Below the pieces are notes generated by a model, which worked only from the letters and a program-made list of their open reading frames with translations, was not told where the DNA came from and searched no databases. DNA of 64,000 nucleotides from Planctomycetota bacterium (GTDB lineage: Bacteria; Planctomycetota; UBA8108; SXIK01). Position 1 is the stretch's first letter. The number at the start of each line of letters is the position of its first letter. Made by a program: the position numbers and the translations under genes. The stretch lies in NCBI GenBank assembly GCA_965223845.1, contig CBDCXR010000004.1, forward strand, positions 5,888,001 to 5,952,000, written 5' to 3'. Shown piece after piece: positions 9,993 through 19,700 of this stretch.

Positions 9993-10853
9993 CTACAGCT
10001 CGCGGACGCTCAATTCGAACGAGAGCTCAGCGGTCTTTCCGGCTTCGATCGTCACCTCGCCGGACTTTGCTCCGGCGGTGAACTGAAGCATGCCCGGCTG
10101 ATCGCCGAGCTTTTCGTGCCAGATCTTGTACTTGTAGGTTCCCGGGGGGATTTCGTCGATCGTGAGCGCGCCCTTGGCATCCGTCGCGCCGAGATAGGGG
10201 TTCGAACCGACGACGACCCAGGCCTTCATCCACTTGTGAACATCGCAGGTAAACTCGAGGAGACCGGCCTTCGGAATCGGGCGCGGAGGGGGTTTCGCCG
10301 ACTGATTCGGAAGCGACACGTTGAAGAGGTGACTTCCGTTCAGATACGGATGCGTCGTGTGGAGGATCGGGTCTTCGTTGACGAGCTGGATCTTCGTACC
10401 GACCGTCGCGACCCCGACGTGCGGCGAAAACGAGCAGTCCTTGTTCGAAACGGTGATCGTCTCCGGCGGTTTCTTCGGTCCCGACGCGACGCCTTCGATC
10501 TCGACGACGAGGTTTGCGAGGCCGCGCGACTCGGCATCGACGAGGAGGGCTTCGTCGAAGACCTTGTGCTCACACACCTCGACGTTGATGTTGACGGGCA
10601 CTTCGACCCGACCGGGGATCGATTCGCCCTTGAACGTCGCGCTGACGCTGAGCGCGCCGAGACTCGACGCGTCGGCGGCCGCGACCGTGTACTTTCCGCT
10701 CCCGCCGCCCGGGGTCGCGGTGAGTCCGCCTCCCGCCCCGCTGGGCGGCGGCGTGGGCGCCACCGGGGCCGGCACTTGCTTCTTCGTACAGCCGATCACC
10801 ACGAGGGCGACGAAACAGGCGATCGCCGGCCGGATGGATCGTGCTTCATTCAT
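9993..10853 (-). CDS. Lipoprotein with cupredoxin-like (MauL-like) and carboxypeptidase-regulatory-like domains
   Basis: Lipobox VVIGC; CSFSPHV, NEDPILHTTH, CDVHKWM, IPPGTY..WHE. GAAAGGAAG precedes ATG 10853. Confidence 0.7.
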   Translation of the reverse strand: MNEARSIRPAIACFVALVVIGCTKKQVPAPVAPTPPPSGAGGGLTATPGGGSGKYTVAAADASSLGALSVSATFKGESIPGRVEVPVNINVEVCEHKVFDEALLVDAESRGLANLVVEIEGVASGPKKPPETITVSNKDCSFSPHVGVATVGTKIQLVNEDPILHTTHPYLNGSHLFNVSLPNQSAKPPPRPIPKAGLLEFTCDVHKWMKAWVVVGSNPYLGATDAKGALTIDEIPPGTYKYKIWHEKLGDQPGMLQFTAGAKSGEVTIEAGKTAELSFELSVREL

Positions 10854-11079
10854 GCGTATTCTTCCTTTCGCGGTCGGTCGCCGACCATGACGTGCACCGT
10901 CAACATGAGTTCGCACCGAAAGTTCGGGAATCGACCCCCGCCGCCTGCCTGATCGCGCTGCCCGCGGCTACCCTCCTGGTCGACTCTCGCGTCGTCCCGT
11001 CTGCTCCGCTCGCGATCCCCCAGTTTGGGCGGATGGTAACACAACAATTTCCCGAACCACAACCGGTCCGGGCGAGCCC

Positions 11080-11547
11080 TCAGGCCGGCTCCCTCCCCCA
11101 AAAAAACCAGATGACGAGCGCGGCCACCGCGAGAAGGGCGGCGGTGCGAGCCCGTCCGGTTGTTCTCGCCGTGTACGGACTCATCTGCTGCCAGCCGGTC
11201 ACGACGAGCAGTGCCGCAGAGGAGAGCGGAACGAGACGTGAGGTGCCGACGAGGAGCGGCCCCCACGCGTCGCCGACATCGAGCGTGCTCGCGATGGCGA
11301 CGAAGACCGCCGCGCCGGCAGTGATCGCACCCCACACCACGTTCCACCGGCCGACGCCGAGTTCGCGGAGGTAGCTACCGGGCGGCTCGTCCTCGAACTC
11401 CGGCACCGGGCCGACGGCCTCCGGGCGAGCGATGCCCTGGGACGAAGAAGCCGGGAGCGAATCGTCGAGGCGGGCCTCGTCGGTGCGAGGTGTGCGCACG
11501 GCGCGCTCGGGCGTGCGCGGCGGGTTCGGGTCGGAAGGTTCGTTCAT
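11080..11547 (-). CDS. Hypothetical membrane protein (about 3 TM helices)
   Basis: Pro-rich N-terminus followed by three hydrophobic segments; divergent from glyA. Confidence 0.5.
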   Translation of the reverse strand: MNEPSDPNPPRTPERAVRTPRTDEARLDDSLPASSSQGIARPEAVGPVPEFEDEPPGSYLRELGVGRWNVVWGAITAGAAVFVAIASTLDVGDAWGPLLVGTSRLVPLSSAALLVVTGWQQMSPYTARTTGRARTAALLAVAALVIWFFWGREPA

Positions 11548-11694
11548 ACCAGTACGGTACGGCGCTCCGCGCGAATTGCACGTCCGCGCCCTCCGCGTCG
11601 CAGTAGAATCTGGTCGGAGCTCCCGGGTAGACTCCTCCCCTTTCCGCGGGCAGTCGGACGTTCATCAACACTCGCTAGCAAAGAGACGCGACCC

Positions 11695-12963
11695 ATGACC
11701 GAGCGCAAGGCTCTCGAGTCGACCGACCCTGAAATCGCTGAACTCATTCGTCTCGAGGAAAAGCGCCAAGCGACGACGATTCGGCTCATCCCATCGGAAA
11801 ACTACGCCTCTCGCGCCGTCATGGAGGCGACGGGAACGGTTCTCACGAACAAGTATTCCGAGGGCTATCCCGGCCGCCGCTACTACCAGGGTCAGGAGCA
11901 TATCGATCGCATCGAGCGGATCGCGCGCGACCGTGCGAAGGCCCTGTTCGGCGCTGAGCACGCGAACGTGCAGCCGTATTCCGGATCGCCCGCGAACGCC
12001 GCCGTCTACCTCGCACTTCTCGAGCCCGGCGACACGGTGATGGGGCTCAGCCTTCCCTTTGGCGGCCACCTCACGCACGGCTGGAACGTCAACTTTTCTG
12101 GGATCACCTACCGCGCGATCCAGTACGAGGTGCATCCGGAGACGCACCTCGTCGACCTCGATCAGATTCGCGACACTGCCCGCCGCGAACGTCCAAAGGT
12201 GATCTTCACCGGCGGGACCGCTTACCCGCGGATCTGGGACTTCGCCGGCTTCGCGGACATCGCCCAGGACGTCGACGCGATCCTCGTCGCCGACATCGCG
12301 CACATCGCTGGACTCGTCGCGGCCGGAGTGCATCCGAGCCCGATTCCTCACGCGCCCATCGTCACGACGACGACCCACAAGACGCTCCGTGGACCGCGCG
12401 GCGGGATGTTCCTATCGACCGAAGAGTACGCTCGGCCGCTCGACCGGGCGATCTTCCCGGGCCTTCAGGGTGGACCGCACAATCACACCACCGCCGCCAT
12501 CGCGGTCGCGCTCGCCGAGGCGAACACCGACTCGTTCCGCGAGTACGCTCAGCAGATCGTCAGGAACGCAAAGGCGCTCGCCGAGGCACTGCTCGCGCAC
12601 GGCTTCAAGCTGATCTCGGGCGGAACCGACAACCACCTCGTCCTCATCGATACGACCGTCGGCGCCGGCGAGCGTCCCGAGGTCCCGGGAAAGCGCGCCG
12701 CCGTTGCGCTCGAAAAAGCGGGCCTCGAGTGCAACTACAACACGGTTCCGTTCGATCCCCGTCGTCCGTTCGATCCGAGCGGCGTCCGGATCGGCACGCC
12801 GGCCGCGACGAGCTGCGGCATGAAGGAACCGGAGATGGTGAAGATCGCGAACTGGATGCAGCGCGCGCTCTCGAACGAAAGCGACGAAGCCGAGCTCGCG
12901 AGAATCCGGGCCGAGATCGCGGAGCTCTGCTCGGCGTTTCCCGCGCCGGGGATCGGAGTGTGA
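11695..12963 (+). CDS. glyA: Serine hydroxymethyltransferase
   Basis: LIPSENY, NKYSEGYPGRRYY, NVQPYSGS, GGHLTHG, TTTTHKTLRGPRGG (PLP lysine), FPGLQGGP, SGVRIGT. Confidence 0.97.
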   Translation: MTERKALESTDPEIAELIRLEEKRQATTIRLIPSENYASRAVMEATGTVLTNKYSEGYPGRRYYQGQEHIDRIERIARDRAKALFGAEHANVQPYSGSPANAAVYLALLEPGDTVMGLSLPFGGHLTHGWNVNFSGITYRAIQYEVHPETHLVDLDQIRDTARRERPKVIFTGGTAYPRIWDFAGFADIAQDVDAILVADIAHIAGLVAAGVHPSPIPHAPIVTTTTHKTLRGPRGGMFLSTEEYARPLDRAIFPGLQGGPHNHTTAAIAVALAEANTDSFREYAQQIVRNAKALAEALLAHGFKLISGGTDNHLVLIDTTVGAGERPEVPGKRAAVALEKAGLECNYNTVPFDPRRPFDPSGVRIGTPAATSCGMKEPEMVKIANWMQRALSNESDEAELARIRAEIAELCSAFPAPGIGV

Positions 12964-13086
12964 CGCACCCGTCGCGATCGGACGATGCGCGCGGCACTGC
13001 GGGCTAGTCGTCTCTGACGAGAAACGCGCCGCCTCGTGCGGCCCCGCCCGGATGGCCGGCCGCGGATCGGCACGGATACGAGACCG

Positions 13087-13815
13087 CTACGCGACCTGAT
13101 CGCCGTCCGCCTCAGTTTCGCGGCTCGCGATTTCCTCCCTGAGCCGATCACGGAGACTATCGGTCAAGCTGATCCCCGGCGGATCGGTGCGGAGATAGAC
13201 GACTCCGCTGATCCATCCGAGCTGCTCGAATACGTCTTCGAGATCGATACTCGGGATGGCCTCGAGGATCGCTTCGAAGCTGATTCGCCGCTCCGACTGA
13301 AGGGCGAGATCGAGCACGCCGGCGCAATCTTCGAGATCGGCGGAACGCTTCGCGAGTCCGCGCCGCGCAAACCGAACGGCGTTCCTGAGGAGCCGCGGAC
13401 CACTGTAGAGAATGTCGGCGACGAGCTTCACCAGGTTCCCGGGTGTGCCGGCGGAGAGCGGAATGATGCCGGTCGGTCCCCAACCGACGCCGAGTAGGTA
13501 GAGTCCGGCGCTCGCCGCGATTCCGCCACTCGTCGCTTCGACCGCGTAGTTGTCGAAGAGTCGTCGCTGAACGCGCCAACTCTCGTAGAAGACCGCGACC
13601 ATCACGAGAACGGATCCGAGCTTCGCCCATGTCCCCACGTTTCCAGCGCCAAACGGCAGAAAGGAGATCAGAATGTAGAGGACGACGTTCGTGGCGTAGT
13701 AGCCAACGGCGAGGATCAGGGCCCCGCCGAGGAGCGCCGCGGCGGCGAGGAAGAAATCGATCTTCGCTTCGGTGCGAATGTCGTCTTCTAGATACTGGTG
13801 AAGAGCCTCGTTCAC
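13087..13815 (-). CDS. Hypothetical membrane protein with soluble C-terminal domain
   Basis: Two to three hydrophobic helices followed by a helical domain; plausible composition compared with competing frames. Confidence 0.6.
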   Translation of the reverse strand: MNEALHQYLEDDIRTEAKIDFFLAAAALLGGALILAVGYYATNVVLYILISFLPFGAGNVGTWAKLGSVLVMVAVFYESWRVQRRLFDNYAVEATSGGIAASAGLYLLGVGWGPTGIIPLSAGTPGNLVKLVADILYSGPRLLRNAVRFARRGLAKRSADLEDCAGVLDLALQSERRISFEAILEAIPSIDLEDVFEQLGWISGVVYLRTDPPGISLTDSLRDRLREEIASRETEADGDQVA

Positions 13816-14145
13816 TGCGAAATCCTCTGCGCGGTCCGGCCAGCCTTGATTAGGCTAATCGTTGGCGTTCCAGCCGTCACGCTTTGGGTGAGCTGGGCAG
13901 AGGAGATCGTTTCGGCTCGTGCTCGCGGGCTTGTGCCCGCTCCCCGTGCTAGCGGTCGGATACTCGGCCGTCCGACTCGTTCGCGTCTTTCGTGCGCGGA
14001 AGGGCAGAGTGGCGTCGGTGCGGCTGCTCCCTGCCTTGATCCCCGAAAGGCTGTGCTCGCCGTATCTTTCGCCGTCGATGATCGTGATGTCCGATTGACC
14101 GCGCGGGGCCAGGCGTCGTCGAAAGGCTGGCGGCGCGCCGCGACC

Positions 14146-14619
14146 TCACCGGCGCGAAGGAAGCTCCTCGAGGATCTCCTCGCGGAGCTCGAACCGAGCG
14201 ACCTTCCAGCCGTCCTCGGTATCGAGCATTTCGACGGTGATGTGCTCGCGCACGTTCGCCGGTCCTGAGATCCCGACGAGCTCCGCCGGTCCGCGACGGA
14301 TGTCCTGCTCGACCTCGAGGCGCACGCGGCCTTCCGGCAGCGTGGTCTCACTCTCGAGCCGGCGGAAGGGGCCCATCGCGAGGCGATGGTGCTCGTAGTA
14401 GCCCCGGCCCCACTCGCGCTCCTTGCGCTTCAGGTCGGCGAAGAACTGCCGTGCTTCGTCCGTCGCCGCCCACTCCGCGGCCTCGCCGTAGCGCTGTTTG
14501 AGGCGGAGGATATCGAACTTTCCGAACGCGATGTAGGCTTCGGATTCCGCGTACGCGACGTGATAGATCGCGACGCAGCCGAGGAAGATACCAACGAGCA
14601 GAAGAGCGGTCTTGCGCAC
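14146..14619 (-). CDS. Hypothetical exported protein
   Basis: N-terminal signal/TM segment (KTALLLVGIFLGCVAIY); directly downstream of the pilin-like gene. Confidence 0.6.
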   Translation of the reverse strand: MRKTALLLVGIFLGCVAIYHVAYAESEAYIAFGKFDILRLKQRYGEAAEWAATDEARQFFADLKRKEREWGRGYYEHHRLAMGPFRRLESETTLPEGRVRLEVEQDIRRGPAELVGISGPANVREHITVEMLDTEDGWKVARFELREEILEELPSRR

Positions 14620-14631
14620 GGATGGAATCTC

Positions 14632-15114
14632 CTAGAGTGGTGGGCTGGTGTGCCCCGCGATTCCGGTCAGGCTGAATCGAATCACTCCGGACGAATCGAC
14701 GTAAAAGTAGCGGTCGCCCGTCTCGCCCACCTGGTTCGGGATCGCGAAGACGCGCCACGGGATCCCGGTGAGGGCGCTGATGACGAACGAATAGCCCGAC
14801 TTGCCGCCGACGTTCGGAGCACCACCGAGTCCGGCGCCCACCGCCCCGTCGAAACCGGCGAGGTAACCGGTATCGCGGATGTGGGACCAGGCCGACGGGT
14901 AACGTCCGAAGCGCGTGCGATACTGCTCCATGACGGTCGTGAGGGACCGGAGGCTGCCGATCGCCGAAGCCTCATTCGCGGATTTTCGGGCGTTCGCGAG
15001 GCTCGGGAGCGCGATCGCAGCCACGATCGCGATGATCGCGACGACGATCATGAGCTCGATGAGAGTGAATCCGCGCTGTGTTCGCGGCTCGGGCTGCAGA
15101 ATTGGTCCGCGCAT
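14632..15114 (-). CDS. Type IV pilin-like protein with prepilin N-terminal methylation motif
   Basis: QRG-FTLIELMIVVAIIAIVAAIALPSL, then ANEASAIGSLRSL and GETGDRYFYVDSSGVIR. Confidence 0.9.
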   Translation of the reverse strand: MRGPILQPEPRTQRGFTLIELMIVVAIIAIVAAIALPSLANARKSANEASAIGSLRSLTTVMEQYRTRFGRYPSAWSHIRDTGYLAGFDGAVGAGLGGAPNVGGKSGYSFVISALTGIPWRVFAIPNQVGETGDRYFYVDSSGVIRFSLTGIAGHTSPPL

Positions 15115-15352
15115 AGCTTCCTTGTGGTTCGGCGGCCGGTATCTTCTCCCGTTGTCGGTTTCCGGACCGAGGAGACTTGACCCGAACTGCTCCGTCAGGC
15201 GCGTTCCGGGCCGCCGATCGGCGACTCAGAGCGCCCGCGGCCAGATCGCCGCTGGTTCTCTGCGCTGGCGTGGTCCATCATCGCAAGCTACGGCCGCGGC
15301 GCAGAGGAACGGCCCCGCGAGCCCACCGTCGATCGCCGCCGGAGACTGCTGG

Positions 15353-16489
15353 ATGAATCTTCGACCTAGCCTCTACCGCCTCCCCCACCTCGCGGCCGCG
15401 CTCGCTGTTCTGTCCGCACTTCCCGCGTTCGCCCAGCTTCCGCCAGCGCGAACGGGCGACGCCTACGTCTCGAGCTACGGGACGGATGAGATCTACTGCT
15501 TCGATGCGAGCGGCCGGTACAAGTTCCACTTCGACAGCGAGACCCTCGACGGGCCGCGGGGGATCGCGATCACTCCCGAGGGCGAGCTCTTCGTGAGCTC
15601 TCAGCGGAGCCATCGCGTCATCGTCTTCGATCTTTCCGGCTCGCCGAAGCGGGAGATTCAGGCCGAGGGGTTTTCGCAGCCCACCGGACTCGCGTTTAGT
15701 CCGGAGGGCGATCTCTACGTTTCATCGTTCGATCGGTCGGAAGTGTTCGTCTTCGCGGGCGAGAAGCTCGTGCGCACGGTCTCGCACGAGGACTTGCGCG
15801 GTGCGAACTGCGTCGCGTTCGCTGCTTCGGGCGACTATTACGTCGCGAGTCAATCGAACAGCCGCATCCTTCATTTTGATGCCGCGGGCGAGTGGCAGCG
15901 GACGTTTACGGGAGGCAATCTTCGCAGCGCGATGGGGATCGCCGTCTACGAAGGCAAGCTCTACGCGACGGGCGGCGCTAGCAACACGGTGGCCGTGTTC
16001 TCGCTCGGCGGTGAGTTCCAACGCAATATCGATACCGGCGACACGATCTCGGGGCCGCAGGGGATCGCCTTCGACGACCGCGGGCGCTTCACCATCGCCT
16101 CGTTCTACACCGGGAAGGTTGCGACGTACCCGATCGCGGGTGACTCGCCGCAGCTCTTCGACAGTCCCGGGCTCGACGTTGCGCGCAGCATCGCGTACGT
16201 GCCCCTCGAGCCGCTGCGCGAAGTGAGCTTCCAGCGCGGTGACTTCAATCGTGATTTCGCCTTCAACATCAGCGATCCGCTCGCGATCCTCGGCTTTCTC
16301 TTCTCCGGGGTCGGCGACGGACTCTGCCGCGACGCCGGCGACATCAACGACGACGGGAAGCTCAACATCGCCGATGCGACTCGAGCGCTCGGCTATCTCT
16401 TCGGTGACGGTCCGCCGCCCGAGCCGCCGTTCTCCGAAGCGGGCGACGACCCGACCCCCGACGAGCTGCGCTGCTACGCGGCCGAGTGA
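15353..16489 (+). CDS. Secreted NHL/SMP-30-like beta-propeller with C-terminal dockerin-like domain
   Basis: Signal peptide ending LPAFA-Q; repeats GPRGIAITPEG, PTGLAFSPEG, GPQGIAFDDRG; FQRGDFNRD..CRDAGDINDDG..GDDPTPDELRC. Confidence 0.8.
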   Translation: MNLRPSLYRLPHLAAALAVLSALPAFAQLPPARTGDAYVSSYGTDEIYCFDASGRYKFHFDSETLDGPRGIAITPEGELFVSSQRSHRVIVFDLSGSPKREIQAEGFSQPTGLAFSPEGDLYVSSFDRSEVFVFAGEKLVRTVSHEDLRGANCVAFAASGDYYVASQSNSRILHFDAAGEWQRTFTGGNLRSAMGIAVYEGKLYATGGASNTVAVFSLGGEFQRNIDTGDTISGPQGIAFDDRGRFTIASFYTGKVATYPIAGDSPQLFDSPGLDVARSIAYVPLEPLREVSFQRGDFNRDFAFNISDPLAILGFLFSGVGDGLCRDAGDINDDGKLNIADATRALGYLFGDGPPPEPPFSEAGDDPTPDELRCYAAE

Positions 16490-16702
16490 ATCGCGACGCC
16501 GTCCCGCACATTCCCCGAAGCGCGGCTCGGGTCGCCGGCGAAATTCGGACGACTCGCGTCTCGCGCGCCGGTTACCATTGACGCTTCATCGAAGGGACGA
16601 GCCCGCCGGGAGGCGATCGAAGACTCGCTCGAAGCTTGCGGATTCGACCTCGGCTCGAGAGCCGTCGGCGCGTGCTCCATACGACAAGGGAAGAAATTCT
16701 TC

Positions 16703-19700
16703 ATGTTGCCGTCCATTTCGCGGAGTCGCCGCTCCGCGCTGCTCGGGGCACTGTGGTGTGGTGTGTTTTCCATCGTCGCGTCGACAGGTGTCCATGCGGA
16801 CATTCTGATTAGTGAGATCCACTACGCGCCCGTGGATGCGAGCGGAGTGCCGCAGCCGAATCTCGAGTTCGTCGAGGTGTTCAACGACGGCCCGGAAGTC
16901 TACGACCTCACCGGCTATCAGTTCGTCGACGGCTTCTCGTTCGAGTTCACCGAGCGGACGTTCATCCCGGGACGCGGCTACATCGTTATCTGTCGAGACG
17001 AGGATGCGCTGCGCGATGCGTACGGCATCACGAACACCGTGGGCAACTTCGACGGCATTCTCGACAACTCCGGCGAACGTCTCAGTCTCGCTAATCCGCA
17101 GGGCGCGATCGTGAGCAGTGTCTCCTACAACGACCGCGGAAAGTGGCCGGCGGCGGCAAAGGGCACGGGGCATTCACTCGCTCTCTTCGACGGCTACACG
17201 GATCCGGGTGAACCGGAGAACTGGCGCGCGAGCACTCAGTTCGGCGGGACGCCCGGCCGGATCAACTTCGCGACGGACGTCACTTTCGAAGATCGAACTT
17301 TGATCGAGCCCGGCGAAGAGTGGCGCTATCGAAAAGGGACGTCGGCGCCGCCGGCGAGCTGGGCTTCGCGCACCTTCGACGATGGCTCGTGGTCGCGGGG
17401 CGAGACCGGAATCGGCTACGGCGACGGCGACGACGCGACGGTTCTCGACGACATGGAGGACAACTATTTGACCGTGTTCTGCCGGAAGTCGTTTGCGCTT
17501 TCGGCGGATGACATCGAGGCGATCGACGACCTCGTCCTTCGTGTCGTCGTCGACGATGGCATCTACGTTTATCTAAACGGAGCCTCTGCCGGCTCGTCGA
17601 ACGGCACGGGTCGCGGTCACGATGACAACGCCGGGAGTGCGGGTGAGCCGGAAACGGTGGAGTTCGACCTCACCGGGCTCAAGGACGAGCTCGTCGTCGG
17701 GACGAACGTCGTCGCCGCGTCCGTTCACAACGCGAACCTCGGGAGCTCCGACCTTTCGTTCATTCCATCGCTTCTCAGCCGACGGCGCATCGAGCCCGAA
17801 GAGACCGCGACCGTCCCGGTCATCATCAACGAGGGGCTCCTTCGATCGGCCGAGCGCTTCGTCGAGCTTCACAACACGAGCGGCGGGACCATCGATCTCG
17901 CCGGGTACTTCCTCACCGACGATTTTGCCGACCTCGAGCGCTACTCCCTGCCGGCCGGGACGACGATCGGTCCGCGCGGCTTTCTTCAGCTCACCGAGGC
18001 CGAGACGGGCCTCGACTTCAGTGTCGATCCCGGTCTCAAGGACCGCGTCTCGATCGCGCTTACGAATCCGAACGGGACGCGTGTCGTCGACGCGTACATA
18101 TTCGAGCCGAAGGTGGACGGGAAGAGCGAAGCGCGCGTTCCCGACGGAATCGGCGACTTCGAGCCGGCAGCGGTCCCGACGCCGGGGGCGGCGAACGAGG
18201 TCGATGTGATCTCGAGCGTCGTTTTCAACGAGATCATGTATCACACGATTTCGGACGACGTCCGCGGCGAGTACATCGAGTTCTTCAATCGCGGGGACGT
18301 CGACGTCGACCTCGGCGGCTGGCGTGTCGTCGGCGTCGACTACGAGTTTCCTCCCGGAACCGTGATCCCGGCGGGAGACTACCGTGTCATCGCCCACAGC
18401 CCGTCGCGCATTCGACAGGTTTACGATCTCGACGAAACCGTCGTGCTCGAGCCCGCGTGGGGAGGACGACTCCGAGACAGCGGCGAGCGAATCGATCTCG
18501 TCGATCTCAACGGGAACACGGCCGATTCGGTTCGTTTCTACGACGGCGGAGAGTGGCCCGTCTGGACCGACGGCCTCGGCTCCTCGCTCGAGCTCATCGA
18601 TCCGTTCGCCGACAACGAGAACCCGCTCGCCTGGGACGCCAGCGACGATTCCGCCAAGGCTCGCGCGACGACGATTCAGTACGGAGGCGTACCGTTCGGC
18701 GGGCGCGAGTCGGACTTCGGAGTCTTTCTCGCGGAGGAGGGCATCGCGATCATCGACGACGTTTCGCTCCAGCGAAGCGGCAGCAACACGAATCTCATTC
18801 GCAATCCAAGCTTTGACTCGAGCACGACCTCGTGGCGCATCGAAGGAACGCACAGCCGCTCGGGCCGAACGAGTGACGACGAGGAGACTCTGCGCGGAGG
18901 CGGCTCACTCAAGCTGATCTGCTGGGGCGGAGGAGGCGACTACAAGGTCAATCGCGTCGAGCAGAACACGTCGACCCAGACGTCCGGCAGCTACTCGGTC
19001 AGCTTCGAGGCGCGGTGGGTCGTCGGTAGTCCGCGCATCATCACGATCGGGGACTACAGCACGGGCCAGCCGTCGAATCCGGGTCTCGCCGGCTCGAATC
19101 GCCTGACCGTTCCGTCGCAGCTCGGCACGCCGGGCGCGGTGAACAGCGTGACGCTGCGGCAGATCGATCGCGCGGGCTCGTCGAACATCGGGCCGACGTT
19201 CGGGGACGCGCATCACTCGCCGGGAGTTCCGTCCTCGGGCGCGGCGGTGACGGTTTCGGCGCGCGTGAGGGATCCCGACGGCGTCGTCAGCGTGAGCGCT
19301 TACTACCGCGCCGAGAGTCCGAATGGATCCTTCACCGAAGTGAGGCTCAGCCACGAGGGCGGCGGGCTCTACCGCGGCACGATTCCCGGGATGAGCCAGG
19401 GAACGAAAGTTCTCTTTTATTTCGAGGCAGTCGACACTCGGGGCGGCCTCTCGCGCTTCCCACGCGACATCGCGCGATCGACGCATCCGCCGATCGTCGA
19501 TCCCGACAGCCCGAGTCGGAACGATCTCCGTTACCTTCTCTATCGTCACGATCGAGCGAGCGTTTCGACCTCGCGCCATGCGCTTCGATTCATCCTCAAC
19601 GAAGCGAGTGAGAGCGAGCTCGGATCGCGCCGCGTACTTTCCAATCAAATGCTCGATGGGACGCTCGTCTTCGGCGACGACGATATCTACTACAACGCGA

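Noticed and set aside
11548-11694. ZMP/ZTP riboswitch upstream of glyA
   Set aside because: Plausible location, but I could not find the conserved GACUGGCG..GGUGG and CGCCUGGG elements; an Rfam scan would settle it.
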